From Sphaerodactylus townsendi (lineage: Eukaryota), in assembly GCF_021028975.2 (NCBI RefSeq), contig NC_059427.1, positions 118,544,001 through 118,608,000 of the forward strand: 64,000 nucleotides of DNA, read 5' to 3'. Every line of letters begins with the position of its first letter. The first letter of the stretch is position 1. Positions 50,428 through 63,489 of this stretch are shown in pieces. A model generated the notes under the pieces. That model was not told the DNA's origin, ran no database searches, and was given only the letters and a program-made list of their open reading frames with translations. Both the position numbers and the translations under genes were made by a program.

Positions 50428-50589
50428 CCATGGTGGCGAACCTTTGGCACTCCAGATGTTATGGACTACAATTCCCATCAGCCCCTGCCAGAATGGCCAA
50501 TTGGCCATCAGCCCCTGCCAGAATGGCCCTGCCAGAATGCCAGAATTGTAGTCCATAACATCTGGAGTGCCAAAGGTTCGCCACCACTG
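50428..50589. mobile_element. Palindromic hAT MITE with rearranged centre
   Basis: 8-bp TSD TCCTAGAA (50420-50427, 50590-50597). The centre contains tandem CCCTGCCAGAATG repeats. Confidence 0.92.
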
Positions 50590-51559
50590 TCCTAGAACAT
50601 CACTCTCCTTTACCATTCTCTGAAGTTAAATCCTTTGCTTGGAGAAATTACTATTGTTTTATTTCCCAAATGCAGGCATTGCCACAAGGAGAAGAAGAAT
50701 GGCAGGGGAGAGGCTTAATTTTAGAACCAAATGTACTATGTAGGGAAAGTGGCAGACAGGAGAGTATCCTCTGTTGAAGCAATAGATACAGGCTGGTGTA
50801 GAAATTCCCTTCCAAACATAGGATATCTTTCAGTCATTAGAAAAATACTGATCTCTATCTATTGATAGGCTTCTGAGTGTCTCCTCAAGATTATAATGTA
50901 TGTATACCTGCCTCCCTAGTAACTTTAGCTGATGTAGGTGGAACAGGAGGATGTAGGGAAGAGAACAGAGGAGACTCTGAGGTTTCCTGATTTTCCTTTT
51001 TTATCTGAACTTCAATAGCTATTTAGCCAGATCCCAGATCCCCCTTTTAAATGGCTTCTGTGACCAAGCTCTGCAGCTTGATGAGCAGATGGAAAGCACA
51101 AACCTGCTTCTGATCCAGTTCACAGGGCAGGTTAGGATTTAACAATTTTATCTACAAACCATAGTTGACTGCATTAACACTAATTGCAATGAGCATTTAC
51201 AGTGTTAGCATCACGTTTATCACAAAATTGGAGACTACTTCGTAAAAGCTTTTTTTATATTTATGAGATTTATATCCCTCTTTTCTGTGCTTATCAGGGC
51301 CACCAAGGCGGCTAACAGACAATCATGCATAATAAAAATCTACCTTAAAAACCATTAAAACTATACATTGCTTGATCACAGAACAGTGGTATACACCTAT
51401 GGTTTCTTTAGGTCTTTTAATGGAAGAGTATGCAAGTCATGATTTAAATACACCCCACTCTGTATTTAAAATGTAGCTTGTAAACCCTTTTATCTTTGAA
51501 CTGACTATTAAGCTAGATTTACTTATCTTTTTAAAAGAGCCGACCAAATGGTATATAGC

Positions 51560-52040
51560 TAAAAGTTTGTCTCCTGTGCAAGCACTGGGTCATTACACTT
51601 ACTGTACTCTTTTCCACCTAAAGATCTAAATAGAACTGTAATTTCATCTGTCACATGCAGGACCGTCTTTGTTTTAGAATACTCCACCTGGCTCCTAGCG
51701 CCTACCTAGTTTTGTTAGGTAGGCACTAGGACCTAAGCGGAGCATTCTAAAACAAAGATGGTCCAGCACATGGCAGATGAAGTTACAATTCTACTTAGAT
51801 CTTTAGGTGGAAAAGTGTATAGGCAGACTATGTTTACAGGGTGGTTTGCCATTACCTTCCCCAGTCATCTAAACTTTATGCCCAGCAAGCTGGATACTCA
51901 TTTTACTGACCTCAGAAGGATGAAAGGCTGAGTCATCCCTTAGCTGGCTGCCTGAAACTGACTTCTGCCAGGACAGAACTCATGTTGTGAGCAGAGTTTT
52001 GTCTGCAGTACTGCAGCTTACCACTCTGTGCCACAGGGCT
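51560..52040 (-). mobile_element. Sauria-type SINE interrupted by a palindromic insertion
   Basis: CCTGTGCAAGCACTGGGTCATTAC (left). GGTTTGCCATTACCTTCCCCAG...ACTCATTTTACTGACCTCAGAAGGATGAAAGGCTGAGTCA...CCACTCTGTGCCAC (right). Confidence 0.75.
51607..51817. mobile_element. 211-bp palindromic MITE-like insertion
   Basis: Arms of ~100 bp (TTTTCCACCTAAAGATCTAA...CCTACCTA / TAGGTAGG...TTAGATCTTTAGGTGGAAAA) with TA at both ends. Confidence 0.75.
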
Positions 52041-53078
52041 TCTAAGTGGTGTATATCTTCTACTGATCCAGCTAGCTCTGTTGTGCCCACTGTGACAGTG
52101 AACAGCTCTGGCAAAGAAGGGTTTATTCCCTAAACATGCTGCTAGAAATCTTTTAACCAGAAAGACTAGTGATTGAAACTGAGACTTTCTATATGCAAAA
52201 CCTGAGCTCTACCAGTCAGCCACAGAAACTCCCTTTATGGTAGAAGAAAACCAACTCCATTGACTTATCCAAGTACATATGGCGCTGGGATATTGATAAC
52301 TATATTTTATGGATTTTATTCTTGTATTTTAATGTTGTAAGCTGCCCTGAGCATGAATGAGGAAGGGTGGCCTATAAATTGAATAAAATAAAAAATGTAG
52401 AGGAACTAACTCTGCAAGCCACAAGTCTAGCATTCCAATTTTGTTCTAAAATTATAAGATATTGCACTCTTAAATCAATATGAAAAAAACATTAATTTCA
52501 CATAGGAAGTTTTATACTGTTGTTGTTCCCATTTGCAAAAGAGAAATATGAGGCGCAGAAAGAAACACTAGGGTTTTTTTAAAAAAAGAATCACATGCTA
52601 GACTAGCAGCAGAACAAGGAAAATAGCATGTGATTGCTTAGCCACTGGGCTGTGCCATGTGTATGATGACCTTGCTTGCCATCTGGTGACCTAAAATGCT
52701 TTTAAGACAATTTCTCCAAGTGTTATTAGTCAGGGGAGACATCAGCTTATTCCTCAACCACATGCACACACGTCCTCATCCTCCCCCTACATTCAGCAGA
52801 TGAAATGCAAAAGAGATTTAATTAGATTATTTAGGAATGCTAGATGTTAAGTGGCATGATTACCTTCTTTGAAATGAAAAAGAAAATGGACCGGAACGCA
52901 GAAGAGAATCCTTCATCTTTATAAATCTGTATTTTTTTAAAAAGCCATCTCCATGCCAGTAAATTTGAATGAATGTACATGTGCTAAGATAGCAATTGTC
53001 ATTGTCAATTGTCATTGTCATTCAAACCATGTTGTGGAAGGAGGGTGCCTATGAAATGGCTGCTCCTAATCTTTCCAG

Positions 53079-53160
53079 TGCCCTGACCTGGGTAGCCCAG
53101 CCTATCCTGATCTCATCCTGATCTACCTATCCTGGGTAGCCCAGCCTATCCTGATCTCTA
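53079..53160 (+). mobile_element. 5' half of a 5S-derived SINE split by the L2 insertion
   Basis: GCCCTGACCTGGGTAGCCCAGCCTATCCTGATCTC (locally duplicated). It continues at 56496. Confidence 0.75.
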
Positions 53161-56100
53161 CCACGCAGGTGGTAGAATTCAGGGCAACTCTGCTTCGTCA
53201 CTGGTGTTGATCAATGCCAGGTCCATAAATAACAAGACCACCGTTCTCCGAGAATATCTCGGAGATCAACAGATGGACCTGGCTTGTATCACCGAAACCT
53301 GGGTGCGAGAAGGGGAGACCGTCGCCTTGGGCGAGGCCTCCCCACCAGGTTTTGCGTGCCTCCACCGGTCATGAACACAGGGCTGGGGGGGAGGTGTGGC
53401 GATGTTCATCCGAGAAACCATCCCCTTTAGGGCTGTTCCTGTCCCGGAGATTGCAGGTCTGGAATGTGTCGGCCTGGAGTGGATGGCCTCGGAGAGGTTG
53501 GCCGTCCTCTTGGTGTACCGGTCGCCTAGCGCACCGGGGGACGGCCTGCCGCGGCTACTGGAGGTGGTGGCTGACTGGGTGTTGCGGTTCCCCAGGCTTA
53601 TTGTCTTGGGTGACTTCAACGTCCATGTCGACACCGCCTCGTGTGTGGTGGCCGCGGACCTATTTTTATTTTATTTATTTATTTATTTATTCGATTTGGT
53701 AAACCGCCCTACCCCCAAAGGGCTCAGATGACCTAGTGTCATCCATGGCGACGCTAGGCCTCTCCTTGGTAAGTTCTGGCCCCACTCGCTATGAAATGGC
53801 CGGCAAGCATAACACTCTTCTGACTTTGGTCTTTTTGGGTCGAACATTGATATGGTCATATCCTCTATCGATAGAAGTGCCATGGAGTCTGACCATTATG
53901 CCCTGAAAGGTTCAGGTGGACGTGCTTTAGCATCCCTGTCTAGGCGACGGGCGGATTTATGGACGGCGCACCGCCCGCTGGAGACTTATGGATCCTATTG
54001 GATTCCTGAATGCTCTGCAGGACCTCTGAACCTACTAGCACCCTCACGATGGGCAAGGTGTGAAGAGGCTGGAATTCCGTCTGCGATGCCATCGAGGTCA
54101 TTGCCCTCCGGCACCTCCTCTGCCTCGGTCAAGGCTGGCTCCTTGGTATACTGAGGAGCTCACTAGCAGTGTATGAAGCGGAGCTCAGGCGGCTAGAGCG
54201 AGTGTGGAGGGGAAATCTCGTGACGAGGCTGCGCGAACATCTTATAGGACGCTTTATGAAAAAAAAGCCTATGAGATGTATTGCGACAAAGCGATGTAAG
54301 AGGGCGTTCTTCTCCTCCTCTCTTGCATCTAGCTAGCTCTCACCCAGCACAATTATTTCGTATTATTCGGTCACTCAAATCTCATTGTCTGGACGGGTTC
54401 TGGCCAAATTCGTCAATTGGCTATCAGCTGTGAGGCATTCATGAGCTTTTTTTGCAGATAAAGTCGCGTCGCTCCGCCAAGACCTCTCCCTCCACCTTTA
54501 GAGAGACAATGGAAGTGAACTGGAGGCTCCCCTTAGGCGTCTTTCGGCCCTTTGTTTGGCCCAGTTTTCCCTGCTCTCTTGAAGCCGTCTGTCGACAGGG
54601 GTCCTGGCTGCTGTTAGACCTTACTACCTGGGTCCTCTTCTGGATCCGTGCAATTCCCTCACTGGCTTATTAAAGCATGCCGGGTGGAGCCCTACGGCCC
54701 CACCTATTGAATATCATCAACAGCTCCCTTGAAAGCTTAAGGAGTTTTTTTTCGGGTGGGCTGAAGGGAGGCAGTGGTCCAGCCCACTCTTGAAAAGCAC
54801 CATCGTTAGATCCTGGAGATCTGGCCAATTACCGCCACCGTTTCCAGATCTTCGTTTCTGGGGAAGGTAATTGAGAGAGTGGTGTTGGAGCAGCTTCAGG
54901 GCTTTCTGGAGGACACATCGGCCTTCGGGATCCCTTCCCAGTCCGGCTTCCGTGGTGCTGGGCATGGGACGGAGACTGTTCTTTTGTCGGCTGTATCACA
55001 GACACCTTCCTCCGCATGCAACTAGACTGGAAGGCCGGATCGGGCGCTGCTGGTGTTGTTAGATCTCACCGCAGCGTTTGATGTGGCTTCGACTCACTCC
55101 ACCTTTTGACTCCACCGCCTGGCAGCGCTTCCGGGTCGCGTAGGCACTGTCCTTCAGTGGATTGCCTCGCTTTCTCCGGGACCGACCCAGCAAGTGTGGT
55201 CGCGGGGACCAAGCCTCCCGAAAGTGCTCCACTTCAGTGTGGTGTACCTCAGGAGCACCCTGCTGTCCCCGCTATTATTTAACATCTATATATCGCGACC
55301 CCTTGCTCAGTTGAGTAATGGGAGCTTTTTGGGCTGATTCTGTCACCTTCAATATGCTGATGACACTCAGCTCATTCTGTTGATGGAGGGGGGAACGGTC
55401 GTCGCCCCTGTAGCTCTCCAGCATTGTTTGGAGGCGGTTGCTGGTTGGTTGAAGCAGAGCAGGTTAAAACTGAATCCATCGAAGACGGAGATCCTTTGGC
55501 TGGGTCGGGGGGGTGAGGCTGGGGATTTTCAGCCGCCGGTGTGGGAGGGGGCTACATTGGCACCGGCCTCCTCCGTCCGCAGCCTTGGGGTCCACCTGGA
55601 TTCGTCTCTTTCAATGGAGACCCAGGTGGCCCATGTAACCCGGGTTGCGTTCTTCCATCTTCGCCAAGCCCGGCGGCTGGCCCCCTTCCTCTCTCAAACG
55701 GACCTAGCCACTGTGATCCATGCAACGGTCACCTCCAGGCTAGACTATTGCAACTCGCTCTACGCAGGCCTTCCCTTGCGTCTGATTCGGAAACTAAAAC
55801 TGGTCCAGAACGCGGCAGCCCGTTTGCTCACAGGGGGTGCCGCCAGAGATCATGTTTTGCCTGTGTTGCGCCACCTGCACTGGCTCCCGGTTGAATTCCG
55901 AATCATTTTCAAGGTGTTGGTACTGACCTTTAAGGCCTTGCGCGGCCTGGGGGAACAGATAGAGTACCTGCGGGACCGTCTTGCCCCATACGTCCCAACT
56001 CGGCCTCTGCGGTCAGCAGAGGCCAACTTACTGGTGATCCCTGGTCCCTCAATGACGTGGCTGGCCTCCACGCGGGCCAGAGCTTTTACAGCTCTGGCCC

Positions 56101-56495
56101 CTGCCTGGTGGAACGCTCTGTCTCCAGCTACGCGGGCCCTGCGGGATCTAAATGATTTCCGCAGGGCCTGCAAGACAGAGCTGTTCCACCGGGCCTTTGA
56201 GGGGTCCGACCGCTGATGGTTCCCCCCCCGCCTTCCCCGCTTTCTCCATAACATCTGTGGACTTACCATCTTTTCCTTCCCTTTTTCCTCTTCAGGGGAT
56301 TGATTAGAGAGACGCCATCGATATATCTGATGTTAGAACGCTGCTTTTAATGGGGTTGGGTTTTAATATATAGAGCTATTTCTAATGATTTTATAGTTGA
56401 TACTATTGATTTTATTGTGCTCTATTGTCTGTTGTTCGCCGCCCTGAGCCCTTCGGGGGAGGGCGGCTTATAAATATAATAAATAATAATAATAA
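53161..56495 (+). mobile_element. 5'-truncated L2-clade LINE: APE endonuclease + reverse transcriptase ORF2, disrupted as assembled
   Basis: LINARSINNK..LACITETW..GGGVAMFI..VYRSP..LGDFNVH (endonuclease). YADDTQL at ~55353. SRLDYCNSLYAGLP..VQNAAARLLT..LHWLPV. 3' stem-loop CCGCCCTGAGCCCTTCGGGGGAGGGCGG plus an (AAT)n tail. Confidence 0.93.
53663..53729 (-). mobile_element. Very short L2-type 3' end inserted antisense into the LINE endonuclease domain
   Basis: (TTTA)n plus CCGCCCTACCCCCAAAGGGCTCAG. TSD GACCTA at 53657-53662 and 53730-53735. Confidence 0.85.
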
Positions 56496-56660
56496 GATTT
56501 CCAAAGCTAAGCAAGGCTGGGCACTGGCTGGCATTTGGATGGGAGGGCTCCAAGGAATACCGGGGTCATGACACAGAAGCAGGCAATGGCAAACTACCTC
56601 CGAATGCCTCTTGCCTCGAAAACCCACCGGGGTGACCATAAATCAGATGCGACCTGAAGA
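56496..56660 (+). mobile_element. 3' half of the 5S-derived SINE
   Basis: AAGCTAAGCAAGGCTGGGCACTGG...TTGGATGGGAG...GGAATACCGGGGT (5S-like) plus the RTE-like tail. Confidence 0.8.
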
Positions 56661-57354
56661 GGGGAAAAATCCTGCCAGTTCGCAAATCTAAACCAATTAT
56701 TGATAGATGTGTGGAATATAGTTAAAGAATAGTGAATAGCTTTTGTGGCCTGATCAGCAGTTACATTTGATGAAATAGTGGAAAGTGGCTTGCCTGAAAA
56801 TCCTATTGCTGTGGCTACTATTCCCTGGCTTTTCTTCCTGGCCTTTCCAGAAGGCCCTGCTGGGTGGAAGACATTTTGATTGGCGCTGTGTGTGTTGGTT
56901 TCTGATTCTCCAGCAAACAAACAGGTGAGGTCACCAGCTAACAACGTCCACATGGAAAAACAATTCTCCATCCTCTTCCCCACAGAGACAGAAAGTGAGA
57001 GATTGTGCAGATGGAAATAACTGATGAATTTAGTTCTGAAAGTGCTTAAGTAGAATGTGACTTTTCCTTTGGATGGCCATTGACCTCTGGAATTGTATGT
57101 TACTCTGGATACTAGACTAAACCCAACGTGTATTTTTATTATATTATGATATTAGCAATTACAAGGAGACACCGAAGGACTCCACACATGCATGACATGG
57201 CTCAGAGAAGCACACAAGCTTACCAGAAACCTTTATTAGGTTTCACAAACTATCTTAATCTAACAAGGAAAAACCAGGAATCTGCTGCCAACCTTTAGAT
57301 GGGGCCTGAAGTTCTTCTGGATTCACAACTGATTTCCAAACAGATCTGTTCCTA

Positions 57355-57552
57355 TAGTTGCCAGCTGTGGGTTGGTAAATAATTGGAGCTTTTGGGGGTG
57401 GAGCATGAGGAGGGAGGGGCTTGAGGAAGGGCGGGACCACAACAGGATATAAAGGCATAGAATCCACACTCCTGAGCTTCCATTTTCTCCAGGGAAAGTG
57501 ACCTTCGTTGTCTGGAGATCAATTGTAATAGCGGGCGATCTCCAGGTGCTAC
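57355..57552. mobile_element. Degenerate hAT-like (TAGGGTTGCCA-type) element
   Basis: TAGTTGCCAG start and CCATTTTCTCCAGGG...CTGGAGATCA...GATCTCCAGG internal motifs typical of a common lizard repeat (recalled). Confidence 0.5.
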
Positions 57553-60179
57553 TCTATCTGTTCCCCCAGAGGAAATAGACCCTCTGGGCACTACCAACAA
57601 ATCTCCCCAAAAATCCCAATCTGGAATAAGTGAGCCTAACTGCAAATTCCAGTTGTGCCATAATGTTAGGACATTTATTTTATTTTAATAAAATTCTATA
57701 CTGCCCCTCCTCTTTTTGGTTCCGGGCAGTACACAACAATGCACAAACAAGATAAAATCAATAACTAGAAACGTATAAAACAATACTGAATTTAAAATCT
57801 GCACCTCCAATTAACCCAGATGGCAAACACTGGATATATGCCAGAGAGTTTAGGATCTTAGATGGTGGGGGCTCTAAATGTACACAAAAATTATTGGAAA
57901 TTACTAAATTACCATTTTTGGATAATGCTATGGGGCCTTTTAACAATTATATCACTTAGGGCCTCATTCTGTCTTAATGCAGCCTTGGTTGCCTGAAAAC
58001 CCTCAGGACCCCACAAGCTACAGCAGGATAAGACCGGCTCCCTTCTCCTCTCCTCTATGCATTTCTGTGTTGCCCATTTTGCATGTTCTTTCAGGTAACG
58101 GGAGGGGAAGGAGCCTCCACATAGTTTCCCTCCCTACATTCTTTGAATAGTTTAAAGTAATGTGAGCCTCCTCCACAGTGTTTCTCCTCTTGCTCAAGCC
58201 AGTGCTTTTTATTCCATTTTAACAATGCTCTCTTCAAAAAAATCAAGAATTTCTTGTCTCCTTGTAGGTCATTGTGGTGCTAGAATACATTCTAACGCCA
58301 TTCCCCCCACTTACTCCCTCTATGGACCCAAGCCATCACAGTCCACTGTGTCCAAACTTCAGCTGCTATAAGACATTGGTCCTCAAAGACTTCAGCTAAT
58401 TGAAATCGGGCATTTTAACAAAAATACTCAGGGTTTGTTCACACACATTCTAGGTGGTTTATTAAACTAGATCCTGGACTAAAACTGCATGACTTCTGAC
58501 TCAAGCCTTGGCAGTCAGTTCATCCTGACACCCATTTTATATGCTTTCAAATACACCTTGAGGACAGTCTCTGAGCAGCACAGTGGTAGAGTGCCTGCTT
58601 TGCATTGTTGGCTGTCCTAGTTGTAATCCTTGGCATTTTCATCAAAACAAATTTCAGGTAAGAAGTGCTGGGAAAGATTTAGGCAGAGAGTGTTGGTGTT
58701 TGTCAGAGTAGGTAAGTACCTGCCAAGAGAGACTCAGTGATGGAGCTATGGTTCAGTGATGAAAAATGTAAATGATATGCAGAAACTCCCAACTTTGATT
58801 TCTGGTACCTCTCATTACTGGATCTTCAGTAGCAGGTGTTGGGAAAGCCCTTTTCCTGCCTGAAATCCTGGATAGCAGCTGTTATATGGACCAATATTTG
58901 TCTCAGTTTAAGGCATAATTGTATGACCTACATGCAGTGTATGACTTGTAGAAGTGAAATAGTCACCTTAGATCAAATAAATCAAACACCATTCTCATCG
59001 CTTGACACTGACCAAAACACAGTATTTTCCAATGTGGGGCCACTTTGAGTCATCAGTATACATCAAATGCATATGCTAATCAGCAATTAAATACCTTCCT
59101 AACTTGTTAAGGATAATAGGAAAAAAAAATAGAAGATCCAGACAATTGCGCCTGTCACCAACCAAGAAAAGATGTCAAGATCACAGCACAGAGTCTCGGG
59201 CAGGGACCACCTCTGACAGGCACAGCCATGTGGAAAATGAATGGTGTGAGACAACAGTGGTCTTATTCACACAGTAAACTGACACTTCTCTTGCAGAGTC
59301 AGCTGCCTCCTAACTCAAGCAATGCTTTTCATCCAGACAAGGTCCTGATTAATGGGTAGAGGATGGATATTATCCCAGCTGCTCTGCAAAGTTTGAGGCG
59401 GGCAGAAGAGGTACATAGCAGAACTGCCAGATGTCCCTTAATTTAAGACCTTCCTTGTTTTTTGGGGAGGATATATACCTTTTTCTGAACATCCTTATTA
59501 TTTCAGAACACAATGGCTGCACTGAGGTTCATATGGAAAGAAAACATTTTTGTAAAATCTCTTTGTGATCTTGCATTCTAGTTGGTAGAAATATGACTTT
59601 TGGTCATTCTTTAGCATTTACCTATGTTTTGTGGAAAACCAAAAAAGAGACCAAGAGGATGAGATATCAAATAATGGCACTGAAAGAAGCACCTTAATAA
59701 ATACAATTATTTCACATGTGTTCAGTTAAAATCATTATAAGCTAGATAATTATGTAGGTGCTGTTTCACTTTACAGATGAGGTGACCCTAGGAGTACCAT
59801 GTTTTGGCAAAGGAAGGGACAATTAACATTAAATTATTATCAGCATCTTGATAGCTGATGAGTCCACATTGCTTTGGTGTACATTTTCTTTAACTCCACG
59901 CACTGGATAACTTTCTCGATTCTTGAATATATTTGACAGGCAAACCTTTTAAAACTACTGCAAACACAGCATTCAACTTTCCCAAACAATGGCCAATTAT
60001 GTATGAAGTGCTTTCCATAGGGCTGCAAGTTCCACAATGTCTCCACAGTGGCATCTCCTCGCATTTCCTTATTTAAAGGCGAGGAGCTGCCCCACTGTGT
60101 ATTGCATGGCTCACGATCCCCCCACTGCTCAAAGGGAAAGATCAAGGGAAAGGGAAAGATCAAGGAAAGATCGATATTA

Positions 60180-60414
60180 CCCTTTAAAGGTGATACTGAT
60201 ATTGCTTATATCAGTATTTTGGAAACTGCTTTTGTGGCTTTTGCATTTTAAGGGAAAATCCTGTCACCGATCCCTGAGAGAGGTGGTGAGGTAAGGTCTC
60301 CTGCCCTCCCCCTGCTCTCAGGGATCGACAACAGGATTTCCCCTTAAAATCAAAAGCCAAAAAAGAGGCCTCCACAATAGTGATAAAAGCAATATCAATA
60401 TTACCTTTAAAGGG
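60180..60414. repeat. Long imperfect inverted repeat
   Basis: CCCTTTAAAGGTGATACTGATATTGCTT...GATCCCTGAGAG / CTCTCAGGGATCG...AAGCAATATCAATATTACCTTTAAAGGG. Confidence 0.85.
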
Positions 60415-61573
60415 CTTTTAAAAAGCAGCCAACCCTCAGTCTTGCCTTTTGGTGCCCCCAGAAGGCGGGAAGCCCCGCAACGTAGGCTTACTGGGGAGCA
60501 GAGTGCCAATGTACAATTGGCCTATGATGTGATAAACTCAGTAAACATATCCTTGCTCTTAACAAAGTTTTAGTTAGAGCTACTACTGGTTAGCTGTCTT
60601 CTGCAGTCACTGGGCCCAAGCAGGAGGGACCCAAATAGGCAATTGTTACTTTGATGTTAGGAGCCACAGGCAGAAATGCAGCAAACCTGTTTTCTGTGTG
60701 TATGGAACACAGTGCTTGCTCATTCTCCATCAATAATAAGAAATGTTACACAATTTCTCCTCAGAAGCCTTCACCCAAATCCCTGGTGGAACAAGCCAAA
60801 TCTGACTAAAACGAGTTATCCTATTTAGAGTGCCATCCAAAGGGAGGGGGGATGAGTGGAAACTTTGGAGTCACACGGAGCTGTGCTAATGCAGGTGCCC
60901 ACTCAGCCAACGTAAGAGGCAAATATGCCAGCTGAGGGGCTACTATGCCAGTGGCAGGGTGCTGTGCAACAGCATGGCACCCGACTCCAGAAGCAGCCCT
61001 CTGCCACAGGAGCCCACTCCAGCATGGGTGGGGGTGGTCCAGAAGGTGATCTCGGGGGCAAAGCCCACTTTAGTTGGTTCCCAGTGCAGTTTTGCCTCAA
61101 AAATGCCTCCCTTTCTGCAGTGTAGACAGCATTCCCAGTTTTTCTTTGATGTCCATGCTTTGATGTCCATGCTGCCAATTGTTGTTCTGCTGTTCCCCCC
61201 CCCCCACCTTTTGGATTGGGCTACCTGTCTTAAATGTATGCCTTTGATCTGTGAAATTTACGTCTCTCACACCACATCCCCACTTCTGCCAAAGCCTGCA
61301 CTTCTGCCAATTTCTTCTGCATATATCTGCTGCATCTCTGGAACAGATTTTTCTTAACTGTAAGTGCAATCCTTAAAATATTTTCTCTGAAATGAATTTC
61401 ATTTATTTGACACTTCCTTCCAAAGACTAATGCCTAGAATTGTAGCCTGGCTATGCCCACAGGCCCCTGAAGAAAGAGCCCTGAGATATCTCTTTGAGAA
61501 AGTGGTTATGTAAATGTTGCAAATAGAGAAAAACAGAGAAAAAAGGTATCCGTTGGTGGAACATCTTGGCCGT

Positions 61574-61723
61574 TGAAAAAGTACACCCTGCTTAGCAAGC
61601 CTCAATATACCAAAGTGCTAACATTTAATGATGTGAAAATGTGGAAAAAAATTCACATTTTCACATCATTAAATGTTAGCACTTTGGTATATTGAGGCTT
61701 GCTAAGCGGGGTGTACTTTTTCA
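61574..61723. repeat. Near-perfect 150-bp palindrome
   Basis: 70-nt arms with one mismatch and a 10-nt loop. Confidence 0.95.
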
Positions 61724-63489
61724 GTTATTCAGATTTTTCACTTCTGCTAGCACTTTTGTTTATTGGAACATCTTGGCAACCAAATACATAATCAAATAGG
61801 CTAAGGATGGAGGAAACTGTGGTGGAATAATAATCAGGATGGTGACTATTGTGAAATGCATGTCCAAATGACCATAGGGACTATAGGGTTAAGCGAAGTA
61901 CTAACTTTGTGAAGTACCAACTTCCATGCTAAGAAATCTGCAAATTTACTACATTTCTTGCAATGGTGGTAGTGAATGGAGGCAGATTTATTTATTCTTC
62001 ACTTTTTTCTTAGTTTTCTTAGTTTTGCTTAGTTTTGCACTCCCTCCAAGAAAATAAGGGTGTTCAACAGGGTTTACCCCTTTTTATTGTAATAACATCC
62101 CTTGGAGGTAACTCAGACAAGGAGAAGGCAATTTTACCAAGGCAGCTTGATGAGCTTCATAGAGAACCCCAGTTTCCCATGCCCAACTCTGAACATTCTG
62201 AAAAGACAGTAAAAGACAGCAGGCCATCCCCAGGCAAAGGTGCCTAGTGGTCTGCAAGATCAGAAATACTGTTCAGATTAGGAGATTCAGACAGCCTGGG
62301 CAAAGCATAACAAAGTACTGGGTGGGGTACAGAGCCCTTTGTTAGTTCAGGGACAAATATAGAAACGAAACAAATAGCAGTTCTGGAGTGGTTTGTGTCT
62401 GATAGTAAAGAATTTCTCTAGGGTGGCTTTAATTATCCACCTGAGGGTGCTGGCACCTAGGTGTAGCTGCAGTTGACTTGCTCCTGAAGATCATAGAAGG
62501 TCCCCCCTGGGTTACCCTCTTTGTTTAGATAGAAGAACTGCATGTGAAGGCTTGTGGGGCTGGAAACAGGAACAAGCCTTTTTAAAAAAGAGTTGCACGT
62601 AGTATTCAGCAATATAGCTCATGCTATAACAATGCAGTAACACTTACTGCAATTATATGAGTCCACTGTGTCCTTTCAGCCTGTTCCTGAAACAGAATCC
62701 AATTAGCTAAATATAACCCCTTTAAAATGCAATTCAGTTCTTTTCCCAGTCTTCCTCGCCAAGCCAAGGCAAGTCATTGTTACCCCCATTTTACAGATGA
62801 AAGACTGACAGTGCAATGCATACCTAAATATAAATCTCTTTTAATTCAGTGGCTGTTACTCCCCAGATTAGCATGTTTAGGATTGTAATCTAAGGCTGAG
62901 AGAGATTTTTTCTCATCTACTCCACCCTACTGATTTCAGCAGCAACCTGAGAGGAAAACCCAGGTTCCAATAAAAACACTAATCTGTTGACTCCACACAT
63001 TAGGTTGCTAAGATGGCAGTGACTGGGTAATGTCAGAGCCCAGTCTACAGAGCTGGTGTAGCACAGCTAAGCATCTGAGTTATATATAGAATTGCTAACC
63101 TGGGATAAACCATGTCTTGCTTCTTTAGCAGAAGCTTAATGAGATGCCATTTACCAGTGAATGTCGTTTACTGCTTTGTCATGAAAAAGCATCAACTGCT
63201 AATTTGCACACATTAGGCCTTTGTTAAAGGGCAAGGCAAGGTTTCTGTCTTTTCTCAAGGTTTCTGAAAATACTAGCTTACATATCAGAGGGTCTTCAAA
63301 TATTACCTTTGCCATGAACAAAATGGTGTTAGACAATCAGCTACACTCCCTTAATTTCAGCTTCCCTGCCCCACCTCTGCGAGAACAGGATAATAACGGT
63401 GATCTATCTCACAAGGCTGTTATAAGGATTACAATAAGAACATGTATACAAAGAACATGCACTTGAAATGCAAATGCTGCATATTATTG

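Noticed and set aside
55380-56216. 278-aa ORF as a host gene
   Set aside because: It is the C-terminal part of the L2 LINE ORF2.
62035-62247. Possible MXRA7 exon 2 after a TTTTCTTAG-repeat tract
   Set aside because: No similarity to the conserved MXRA7 C-terminus and no convincing phase-0 exon.
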